Origin: Bacteroidota bacterium
Lineage (GTDB): Bacteria > Bacteroidota > Ignavibacteria > UBA10030
Assembly (NCBI GenBank): GCA_035559595.1
Contig: DATMBF010000005.1
Location: 100,905 to 164,904 of the forward strand
Reading direction: 5' to 3'
DNA: 64,000 nt
Under the pieces are notes generated by a model, which saw nothing but the letters and a program-made list of their open reading frames with translations, made no database searches and was not told the DNA's origin. Position 1 is the first letter of the stretch. Each line of letters opens with the position of its first letter. The position numbers were made by a program, and so were the translations under genes. Below are positions 56,381-64,000 of the stretch, one piece after another.

Positions 56381-56413
56381 TTTGACCAAAATCTTCTTTA
56401 TCTTTTTGACGAA

Positions 56414-56488
56414 CGGGGCGTGGCGCAGCCTGGCTAGCGCGCTTGGTTCGGGACCAAGAGGTCGCGAGTTCGAATCTCGCCGCCCCGA
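56414..56488 (+). tRNA. tRNA-Pro (anticodon CGG)
   Basis: Acceptor CGGGGCG/CGCCCCG, D-arm GCGC/GCGC, anticodon stem CTTGG/CCAAG with loop TTCGGGA (CGG), T-arm GCGAG-TTCGAAT-CTCGC, discriminator A. Confidence 0.85.
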
Positions 56489-56496
56489 CAAGATAA

Positions 56497-56547
56497 GGTC
56501 CGCTATCTTCATGAAATGATGAAGAGAGGCGGACGTAGTTTTTTAGG
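56497..56547 (+). terminator. Rho-independent terminator after miaA and tRNA-Pro
   Basis: GGTCCGC ... GCGGAC outer stem with an inner TCTTCAT/ATGAAGA stem, followed by GTAGTTTTTT. Confidence 0.45.
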
Positions 56548-56558
56548 GGGGAGCAAAC

Positions 56559-56590
56559 AAAAAAATGCCCCACTTCTCTGAAGTGAAAGG
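56559..56590 (-). terminator. Candidate terminator for the convergent CHASE2-cyclase gene
   Basis: On the minus strand, a CACTTC-AGA-GAAGTG hairpin with flanking G/C pairs is followed by TTTTTTT. Confidence 0.35.
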
Positions 56591-56633
56591 GGGGGAGAAA
56601 CGGACTTTCATTTTTGGAGTAGCTGCTTATGAC

Positions 56634-58832
56634 CTACTTCTGTTGCAACACAAACACGCCGCTCCAATTTGCGTCTGGGGGATTAAGCTTGTACAATTGC
56701 ATGCGGTCGATATAGAGCTGGCAGACAGGATCCTCGGGCTTATACTGCATGGCGTGCTCCATATAGGCAATCCCTTCATCCCACTGCCTCTTGTGATAGC
56801 ATGTAATTCCTTCCCGGTAGCTATCCAGAAAATACTTCATGTTATCAGAAAGTGGTCGATCGGCGGCGGCGATCAGTTCATAAATCCGAACCGGCTCGGT
56901 TTTTCCGACCACAATGACTTTGTCGATCTCGCGGGCAACCACCTTTTTCGCAACCTTGAGATAGGTCATTTCACTGATGAGGATATATGTGCCGTACTGC
57001 TTGTTGACGCCTTCAAGCCGGCTCGCAAGATTCACGCTATCGCCCATCGCCGTGTAGTTGAATTTCTGATCGGATCCCATATTCCCCACAACGCAGAGTC
57101 CGGTGTTTATTCCTACCCTTTGCTTAATTGTTACATCCCCGAATTTCCTCCATCGAGGCGCGAGCGAATCAAGCTTCGCTTGCATTTCCAATGCCGCAAG
57201 GCACGCATGAAACGGCGCATCTGGATCCGGCAATGGTGCCCCCCAGAAGGCCATAATGGCATCTCCAATAAACTTATCCACCGATCCCCGATTCCTCATA
57301 ATGATATTGGTCATTTCCGTCAAATAAACATTCAAAAGTTTTACGAGGTTTTCGGGACCAAGCGTTTCGGAGATCGTTGTGAACCCCTTGACGTCTGAAA
57401 AAAGCAGTGTCACTTCGCGCATCTCGCCGCCAAGCTTCATCTTCGTCGGATCATTGATTAACTCCCGCACAACGGCGCGATCAACGTACTTCTCAAACAT
57501 ATTTGTGATCATCCGCTTCTGCTTACCTTCGGTCGCGGCCCTGTAGGCAACGGTTCCCAAGAAGCATGTGAACATCGCAAACACGGGTTCGATAACGTTA
57601 TACCAGGTATTCCCCTGAGCAAATGCAAAGTAAGCAAACGTAAAGTAGACAACGGTAAGAATCACCAGCGCTATCGTTCCAGTTTTCATTGGCCGGTGGT
57701 TGGCCACGAAGGAGATGCCAATGGTAATCAACAGGAGAATAACGAACTGCACCGCACCGGTAGCCGGATAGATGAAGTTGTTCGTCACAATCATGTCATA
57801 GACGTTTGCGTGCGCAACGTACCCTGGGGCGCGTTCGGAAAACGGCATGGGATAATAGTCGCCGACGGCTCGTGCCGTGGGCCCGATGATGCACACCTTG
57901 TTCTTGAACTGCTCAAAGAACTGCATGTCTTGATCCCGAAAGGCCTGGAGAACATCATAAAACGAGACCGAGGGAAGATTCTCGTAGGGTCCGATGTAAT
58001 TGATCAGGACATCGCCCTGGTGATCTGTGTCGAACGTAATCGGACCGGCCTTGACGGTCGTTCCGTCCTCCGTCGTTGTGAAGGAAATTTGATTTGGTCT
58101 AATCTTGAGGGTGTGGAGGGCGAGGGCAAGACCGAGGGTGGGGTAAAGCCGTCCAGCGTACTCCACAAAGGCGGGAACAGAGCGAATACTCCCATCTGGC
58201 GAGGGATGGAGAGTGGCATCACCGACGCCAGTTGAGACATCTGCCAATTCCTTGAACGGAAAGTCATTGATCAAGGGAGCTCGAAAGAAGGAATGCGTCG
58301 GAGGTGCAGGAATTCCAAATCTTCCAATGACGTGGTGTGCGGTGCTGTCGACATCTCGTGCGGAGATTGCTTCTCGTGACGTTTGGGCTGGAATAAACGG
58401 ACCGATAATTTGGAACGTCCCCTGCGTTGCTCGAAGCATCTCCACCATTTTTTGTGCTTCTTCAATCTCTTTCTCCGTCGGCTCAGCCGAGAAGATATCG
58501 AGCGCCACGGCTTTAGCTCCTCCGATATCAGGACGGCTCAGCAACGTCATTACCGCTCCAATCTGGTCGCGTGGAATCGGGTAGTTCATCTGCTGGATGG
58601 TGTATTCGTCGATCCGAATCATGACAACATCGCCGGCATGGGGACGCTCTCCGCGCACACGCATGAGCGCATCATACCCCTTCTGCTCGATGTTTCTGAA
58701 GATGTCGGTCCCGAGCGTATCGAGAAGGAGCGTGGTGTTAAAGAGAATATAGGTGAGAATGACCGTGCCAAGGGCAAAACCCAAGGCGACTCCGGATTTC
58801 TTAAGGTCAAGGTTCAGTTTGATGGTAGCCAT
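56634..58832 (-). CDS. CHASE2 sensor domain-containing class III adenylate/guanylate cyclase
   Basis: The N-terminal periplasmic CHASE2-like region lies between TM helices. Cyclase motifs are 'VTLLFSDVKGFTTISE', 'VDKFIGDAIMAFWGAP' and 'GINTGLCVVGNMGSDQKFNYTAMGDSVNLASRLE', and the C-terminal extension is typical of CHASE2-cyclase proteins. The start was chosen at MATIKLNLDLKK (58832); the ORF track start at 59144 adds 104 aa with no obvious features. Confidence 0.75.
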   Translation of the reverse strand: MATIKLNLDLKKSGVALGFALGTVILTYILFNTTLLLDTLGTDIFRNIEQKGYDALMRVRGERPHAGDVVMIRIDEYTIQQMNYPIPRDQIGAVMTLLSRPDIGGAKAVALDIFSAEPTEKEIEEAQKMVEMLRATQGTFQIIGPFIPAQTSREAISARDVDSTAHHVIGRFGIPAPPTHSFFRAPLINDFPFKELADVSTGVGDATLHPSPDGSIRSVPAFVEYAGRLYPTLGLALALHTLKIRPNQISFTTTEDGTTVKAGPITFDTDHQGDVLINYIGPYENLPSVSFYDVLQAFRDQDMQFFEQFKNKVCIIGPTARAVGDYYPMPFSERAPGYVAHANVYDMIVTNNFIYPATGAVQFVILLLITIGISFVANHRPMKTGTIALVILTVVYFTFAYFAFAQGNTWYNVIEPVFAMFTCFLGTVAYRAATEGKQKRMITNMFEKYVDRAVVRELINDPTKMKLGGEMREVTLLFSDVKGFTTISETLGPENLVKLLNVYLTEMTNIIMRNRGSVDKFIGDAIMAFWGAPLPDPDAPFHACLAALEMQAKLDSLAPRWRKFGDVTIKQRVGINTGLCVVGNMGSDQKFNYTAMGDSVNLASRLEGVNKQYGTYILISEMTYLKVAKKVVAREIDKVIVVGKTEPVRIYELIAAADRPLSDNMKYFLDSYREGITCYHKRQWDEGIAYMEHAMQYKPEDPVCQLYIDRMQLYKLNPPDANWSGVFVLQQK

Positions 58833-59349
58833 GGCGACCCAATTCGTGGTGTGAAAATGCTCGAAAAAACCGCCGTAATGTAAGAATGGACTCAGCCAAA
58901 AGCAACAGAAGGAGATGGCGAAGCAATTTGAGAAGAATCTGCGCTTGTCAAATCCCTCCCTGCTAAATGCCATGAACGACAGGCTCTTCCAGCATTCATC
59001 ATGTATTACTGTATCCGTCGATCCGGTCATTCGATTGGCTTCCTTGACATGCATACCCTCTTTTGATATATTGGCTCTACGTTTGGCAGGTCGGTTGTTA
59101 AACCATCCACTATAGTTTGCGACAGTTTGCGCAAGAAAGCGCACCGCTTCCTTCGTCTGGTACCCATTTCCACCACAATGGTTTGGCGTTCCTTCGATTC
59201 AGTCTTCGGTTGTTGCGTTTGCTCTCCGGTGATCATCCTCACATATTCTTCCGCTGAAAAACGGGTATTTTGTGTAGTTGACGATCAGCGGGGCGGGAGA
59301 ACCGTTTGCAGTGCACAGTTAACTACTCTCAACATTTCCGGTCAACACT

Positions 59350-59955
59350 ATGCACACTAAAGCCCCATCAAACCTCCCCTTGTTGGTCGCCATTGCAGCT
59401 TGTTTGAACTTTGCATTATCCACGGACGCTTCGGCGCAACGGAGAGGAGATACTCTCTCCGTTGGGGACGAGGCCCCAAAATTCTTGCTCCGCGAGGCGA
59501 TGACGAACGAGCCGACGTATCTGAGCGATTACTGCGGAAAAGTTCTTCGTCAACCGTGGAAAAAGCGAGAGCGGAATGCCGTCGTGATCAGCTTCTGGGC
59601 TTCGTGGTGTGAACCCTGTAAGATCGAAATCCCACTCCTCATGCGGATGGCTGAGGAGTTTAAAGACAAACCGGTGAAAATTTTCCTCGTCAACACGAGG
59701 GAGACAAAAGACATGACGGAAGATTCCATTCGGGCTGTGATGAAGCGGCGGGGTTACACGCTTCCGTGTCTCCTTGACGTGACGGGGACAGTTGCCGATC
59801 GGTACACGGTTCGTGGTCTCCCGATGATTGTTGTCGTCGATAAGTTCGGGGTGGTACGGAAGATCAACCGCGGCTATCATGAGAACTTCCATACCGAAAT
59901 TGCGGAATTGCTCCGGGAGCTCATTCAGGAAGATGAGGCGGCGGTGAGCAAATGA
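59350..59955 (+). CDS. Secreted TlpA/ResA-like thiol-disulfide oxidoreductase
   Basis: A signal peptide, with 'VVISFWASWCEPCKIEIP' as the thioredoxin-fold WCxxC active site. Confidence 0.75.
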   Translation: MHTKAPSNLPLLVAIAACLNFALSTDASAQRRGDTLSVGDEAPKFLLREAMTNEPTYLSDYCGKVLRQPWKKRERNAVVISFWASWCEPCKIEIPLLMRMAEEFKDKPVKIFLVNTRETKDMTEDSIRAVMKRRGYTLPCLLDVTGTVADRYTVRGLPMIVVVDKFGVVRKINRGYHENFHTEIAELLRELIQEDEAAVSK

Positions 59956-60479
59956 TCTTCGTTCCCACTAATCCCCAAGGACTTTCCATGAACCGCATAC
60001 TCCTTCTTGCAACTATCCTTACTCTCTTCATTGTCTCATGCACCCCCTCAAAGAAAGCCGCTTCTGGACCTAAGTTCACAGTGGCTGTTCTGGATTTCGA
60101 GGCGCGGGCTGGTGTGAAACCGGAAGAGGCGCTGACCATGCGGGATGCCTTCTCCACGTTGCTGCAGCAAACAGGACGGTTTACGGTTGTCGACCGGAGT
60201 CAGACCGAGAAAGTTCTCACCGAGCAACAGTTCCAGGCAATGCAATCGGGAGACGTCTCCGCGATGGGGAAGATGCTCGCCGTGAGAAAATTCGTTGCCG
60301 GTTCAGTGGGTAAGCTGGGTGAAGACTATATTTTCAATATCAAGATGACCGACGTTGAGACGGCGGGAATCGATTTTGCGATTTCGAAACGCTTCAACGG
60401 GGATATCGAAGATGTCGTTGAAGATCTCTTCCCGGAAATGGTGCAAGAGATTCTTAAAGCTGTCGATCAGAAGAAATAA
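59952..60479 (+). CDS. Lipoprotein with LpoB/CsgG/TolB-N-like fold (paralog 1)
   Basis: Lipobox FIVSC. 'FTVAVLDFEARAGV...EALTMRDAFSTLLQQTGRFTVVDRSQ...L.EQ' and 'LAVRKFVAGSVGKLGEDYIFNIKMTDVETAGI' parallel the conserved core of E. coli LpoB and the CsgG N-terminal domain. An alternative start is MNRILLL at 59988. Confidence 0.5.
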   Translation: MIFVPTNPQGLSMNRILLLATILTLFIVSCTPSKKAASGPKFTVAVLDFEARAGVKPEEALTMRDAFSTLLQQTGRFTVVDRSQTEKVLTEQQFQAMQSGDVSAMGKMLAVRKFVAGSVGKLGEDYIFNIKMTDVETAGIDFAISKRFNGDIEDVVEDLFPEMVQEILKAVDQKK

Positions 60480-60535
60480 GTAGAGTCAGAGCTTACGGGG
60501 AAGCTCTACACCACTCCAAAACCCAGGGAGGCTTT

Positions 60536-61243
60536 ATGGTATTCCGCTTTGCTTCGATGCGCTTCATGCGCATAGTTGTTCCACCGCTCCTTGTTGTTTT
60601 TCTTACGACGCCCCTTTGGACACAGACTCGCCAGGCACAACAGCGGCCGCAAAAGCTCAATGTCGCCGTGCTCGATTTCGATGCTCGAGCTGGCATATCC
60701 GCTGCAGAAGCGGCTACACTCTCTGACGCCTTTTCCGCCCAATTGGTGGAGACGGGCGAGTTCACGGTCGTGGATCGTAATCGTATCAAAGCTGTGCTGC
60801 AGGAACAGGGTTTCCAGCAAACAGAGGCATGCTCTCAGGTCGAGTGCGTCGTAGAAGCCGGTCGTATCTTGAACGTGCAGAGGATGTTTGCCGGAACGAT
60901 CGGCAAGATCGGTCGGACGTTTAACGTTACGGTGCAGGTCATAGACGTTGAGACGGCTCAGATCAGCATCAGCAAGAGCCGTCAGCATAGCGGTGCCATT
61001 GAGGAACTGCTTTCGGATGTCATTCCCGACATTGCGGCGGAGATGTCCAGCGAGCTAACTGGCAAGCGGGTGAGGACGAGCGTCGCGACAACGAGTACCG
61101 GTACGAGCTGGCTCTGGTATGCGCTTGGGACAGCTGTGATCGCAGGAGGCGGGGTTGCAGCCTATGTGCTGCTGGCGAAAAAAGAGGATAAGGTTGAGCC
61201 ATCGGAGCCGCTTCCGTCGCCACCGCCTTTTCCGGGAAACTGA
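60536..61243 (+). CDS. LpoB/CsgG-like fold protein (paralog 2) with a Cys pair, C-terminal TM helix and Pro-rich tail
   Basis: Signal peptide. 'LNVAVLDFDARAGISAAEAATLSDAFSAQLVETGEFTVVDRNR' and 'RMFAGTIGKIGRTFNVTVQVIDVETAQI' have the same architecture as paralog 1. It also has CSQVEC and a C-terminal hydrophobic helix (WLWYALGTAVIAGGGVAAYVLLA) followed by PSEPLPSPPPFP. Confidence 0.5.
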   Translation: MVFRFASMRFMRIVVPPLLVVFLTTPLWTQTRQAQQRPQKLNVAVLDFDARAGISAAEAATLSDAFSAQLVETGEFTVVDRNRIKAVLQEQGFQQTEACSQVECVVEAGRILNVQRMFAGTIGKIGRTFNVTVQVIDVETAQISISKSRQHSGAIEELLSDVIPDIAAEMSSELTGKRVRTSVATTSTGTSWLWYALGTAVIAGGGVAAYVLLAKKEDKVEPSEPLPSPPPFPGN

Positions 61244-61291
61244 GTATCACTGCAAGTTAAACGAGTTGTTCCTAATCGGAGGCTTCTGCTT

Positions 61292-64000
61292 ATGGGACTT
61301 TTCTTACGACTTCTACCACTGTTGATGATTCCGGCCCTCCTCCCCAGCCAGGATATCCTCAATTATCGATTCGTTACGAAAAGCGTTACCTACACACAGG
61401 TTAATGGATCGGCAGGTTCCACCGTTCCCGCGCTTTCCGGTGGGGACCTTGATGATGGATTCTACAATACAATCCCAATCGGTTTTACTTTCAAATACCT
61501 CGGGGCAAATTACACAACGATTTCGGCAGCTACAAATGGTTGGATAACATTTGGGCAACTCATTAGTGATGCATGGTTGAATAACAATCTAGAAACAGGA
61601 GGCATACGGCCGGTTGTCGCGCCGCTTTGGGACGATCTGGGACTTGGAATCGTAGGCGCTGCGTTTTCTTACAAGACTGAAGGGGTGGCTCCCAATCGCG
61701 TCTTCACAGCCGAATGGCTAAATGTTGCCTGGAATTTTTCTTCGTCCACGGCTGCAATATCATTTCAGCTAAAATTGTACGAAACTTCCAATGCCATTGA
61801 ATTCATCTACCGCCAGGAAGCCGGCGCCATTACTTCTGGCTCCGCCTCTATTGGGATCACTGCAACAGGTACAGGTTCTGGCGGCACGTATCTTTCTCTC
61901 TCGAATACAAGTACTTCTCCTTCTGTAAGTTCAACGATATCCACGAACACGATAGCGACTAAACCCGCTACAGGTCAAGTCTACCGCTTTGAACCTTCCG
62001 AGCCACAAATCACTTCGGTTTCTTCTTTCTCCGGTTCTGCTGGAGCAAGCATTACGATCAATGGCAGCGGATTTGCAACGGCGACAGTGAGTAATGCCGT
62101 CTATTTCGGAGGCGTGAAGGCTACCGTTACAAACGCAAGCCTCTCGTCATTGACAGTTACTGTACCCGCAGGAGCCGACTACGGTCCAATACGTGTTACT
62201 AACCTGATCACTGGTCTCACAGGGTCCACTGCTCAATTCTTCATGCCAACGTATTCCGGCGGCGGCAACATTACAACTGGTGCTTTTGCAGCAAAGGCCG
62301 ATTCTATCACAGGCGGCTCACCAGAAGGAGTTGCCGTGGGCGATATCGACGGCGATGGAAAACCAGACGTTGTTGTGGCCAACTTTGGCAGCAACACAGT
62401 TTCTGTTTTCCGTAATACGACGGCTTCTGGGTCGTTGACATTTGCATCGAAGGTAGACCTGACAGTTGGCAGTGGTCCGTATGACGTTGCGTTGGGAGAC
62501 ATCGATGGCGACGGGAAACTCGATATTGTGACCGGGAACTACTCGGCAGGCACAATTTCTGTGCTGAGGAACCAGAGCCCTGTGGGCGGCATTTCATTTG
62601 CGCCGAAAGTTGACTCCTTAGCGGGGAGTGAACCGTACAGTGTAGCGATCGCTGACTTTAACAGAGACGGTAAGCTCGATATTGTCGCTGCAAACTACAG
62701 CACCCTCACTGTCTCCGTATTACGCAATCAGAGTTCTCCAGGATCGATTTCTTTGCAGTCGAGGGTGCCATTCGCAAGTGGGAATGGTCTCTATCCAGTG
62801 GCTGTAGGGGATATTGATGGAGATGGGGCGGCGGATATCGTTGTCACCAACCAAAGCGACAACAATGTTTCGGTGCTGAGAAATACGAGTACTCCCAGCA
62901 CGATTTCCTTTGCCGCAAGGGTAAACTTTGTGACTGGGACGACGCCTGGTGGAATTGGAATAGGTGACCTGGACGCAGACGGAAAACTGGATCTCGTTAT
63001 TGCTAATCGGAATAGCAATACCATTTCATTGCTCAGGAATACAAGCAGCATCGGTGCTCCGAGCTTCGCGCCAAAGGCTGACTCAACGACTGGTTCATAC
63101 CCGGCCAGTGTCGCACTTGGTGACATCAATGGGGACGGCAAGTTAGACGTAGTTGTCACCAACGCTTCCTCATACACGCTTTCAGTCTTCCGAAACACCA
63201 GCAGTGGTTCCATTTCGCTCTCAAGCAGAGTGGATTTTGCGACGGGCATTTATCCGTGGGGTGTTATTGTAGCAGATCTCACCGAGGATGGGAAACCGGA
63301 TATTGGAGTTGCCAGCTCAGGTTCAAATCAACTCTCACTCTATCGTAATACGATCTTTGTTCCGTCGACGCTCACCTTTCAGGTTGATGCCCGGCCGGCG
63401 ATGGCGTGGGGAAGATTCAATCCCATCCGAGGGGATTCTCTCATTGTGCGTGGAGACAAATCTCCGTTAACGTTTTCGACAAACAGCTATGTTCTGACAG
63501 ATTCACTACCCGCTGATTCGCTCTATACGGTTACTGTTACCTTCGATACATTAGGGTCCTTGAACTTCAAATACGCTATTCGTCACGACGGATTTGATAT
63601 CTGGGAATTTGACAGTGCGGGGGCTGGAGGTAACCGACTCGCGACCCTGAGCTCGGGGAGTTTCAATCTCGCGCCTGTTTCATTCTCTGGCCTTCCTGGA
63701 TACCAGAGAAATGTTGGTGAATACCCTCGCAGTACCAATACCGTGGCATTGATTCGGTTGAATGAAAATCTCTCGAATGAGCAATATCATGTTGCCAACA
63801 GCGGACAGATCATGTTTGATTATAGTGGGAGAGGCAATCACGGGTATTTGCGAGGAACAACGCTTCAGCCAGGGAGATTCGGCAACTCCCGAGGATTCGC
63901 CGGCCCGTCGGATTACGTTGAGGTGTTACACCATCCATCGCTGAACGTGGGGACAGGTGATTTTACCGTAGAATCGTGGGTCAAGTTTACAAATACGAAT
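61292..64000 (+). CDS. Giant secreted surface protein (partial; runs off the window end): N-terminal unknown domain, IPT/TIG domain, 8 or more FG-GAP/VCBS beta-propeller repeats, start of a LamG/ConA-like domain
   Basis: Signal peptide MGLFLRLLPLLMIPALLPSQ preceded by a GGAGG RBS. The IPT-like segment is 'PQITSVSSFSGSAGASITINGSGF...VYFGGVKATV'. Repeats follow of the form 'VAVGDIDGDGKPDVVVANFGSNTVSVFRNT'. The in-window end 'GDFTVESWVKF' is typical of LamG domain starts. It is open to position 64000 (903 codons), so it is absent from the ORF track. Confidence 0.7.
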   Translation, partial: MGLFLRLLPLLMIPALLPSQDILNYRFVTKSVTYTQVNGSAGSTVPALSGGDLDDGFYNTIPIGFTFKYLGANYTTISAATNGWITFGQLISDAWLNNNLETGGIRPVVAPLWDDLGLGIVGAAFSYKTEGVAPNRVFTAEWLNVAWNFSSSTAAISFQLKLYETSNAIEFIYRQEAGAITSGSASIGITATGTGSGGTYLSLSNTSTSPSVSSTISTNTIATKPATGQVYRFEPSEPQITSVSSFSGSAGASITINGSGFATATVSNAVYFGGVKATVTNASLSSLTVTVPAGADYGPIRVTNLITGLTGSTAQFFMPTYSGGGNITTGAFAAKADSITGGSPEGVAVGDIDGDGKPDVVVANFGSNTVSVFRNTTASGSLTFASKVDLTVGSGPYDVALGDIDGDGKLDIVTGNYSAGTISVLRNQSPVGGISFAPKVDSLAGSEPYSVAIADFNRDGKLDIVAANYSTLTVSVLRNQSSPGSISLQSRVPFASGNGLYPVAVGDIDGDGAADIVVTNQSDNNVSVLRNTSTPSTISFAARVNFVTGTTPGGIGIGDLDADGKLDLVIANRNSNTISLLRNTSSIGAPSFAPKADSTTGSYPASVALGDINGDGKLDVVVTNASSYTLSVFRNTSSGSISLSSRVDFATGIYPWGVIVADLTEDGKPDIGVASSGSNQLSLYRNTIFVPSTLTFQVDARPAMAWGRFNPIRGDSLIVRGDKSPLTFSTNSYVLTDSLPADSLYTVTVTFDTLGSLNFKYAIRHDGFDIWEFDSAGAGGNRLATLSSGSFNLAPVSFSGLPGYQRNVGEYPRSTNTVALIRLNENLSNEQYHVANSGQIMFDYSGRGNHGYLRGTTLQPGRFGNSRGFAGPSDYVEVLHHPSLNVGTGDFTVESWVKFTNTN

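Noticed and set aside
57696-58883. Plus-strand ORFs of 179 aa, 123 aa and 166 aa inside the CHASE2-cyclase gene
   Set aside because: Shadow frames. The minus frame carries contiguous CHASE2 and cyclase motifs.

Overview
This 64 kb window appears to be a chromosomal segment from a Bacteroidetes/Chlorobi-group (FCB) bacterium, possibly Ignavibacteria- or Chlorobi-like. The clues are bacillithiol biosynthesis genes (bshA, bshB1, YfiT/BstA), many TPR proteins, FG-GAP/IPT surface proteins, weak or absent Shine-Dalgarno sites, and GC of roughly 55%. Gene density is high, with many 1-4 nt overlaps between adjacent genes. No transposase, integrase, CRISPR array or rRNA was found.

Recognisable genes:
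- Housekeeping and repair: xseA-xseB-dxs, ribD-ribE, secG, uvrD/pcrA, Y-family DNA polymerase IV, folP, pcm and miaA.
- A complete Rrf2-regulated suf operon (sufB, sufC, sufD, sufS, sufU, sufA, sufT).
- Three tRNAs: Lys-CTT and Leu-CAA in tandem, plus Pro-CGG.

Accessory content:
- A four-gene minus-strand cytochrome module (lipoprotein, pentaheme class-I cytochrome c, octaheme cytochrome c fused to TPR repeats, 4-TM membrane protein) downstream of two tandem secreted amidohydrolases.
- Two class III adenylate cyclases (HAMP-type and CHASE2-type).
- A TlpA-like thiol-disulfide oxidoreductase followed by two paralogous LpoB/CsgG-like lipoproteins.
- A partial giant FG-GAP/IPT/LamG surface protein.
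- An 1185-aa predicted outer-membrane beta-barrel protein.
- Several unknown genes embedded in otherwise conserved operons (suf, rib, bshA).

Functional calls rest on motif and family recognition by eye, because no database search could be run.
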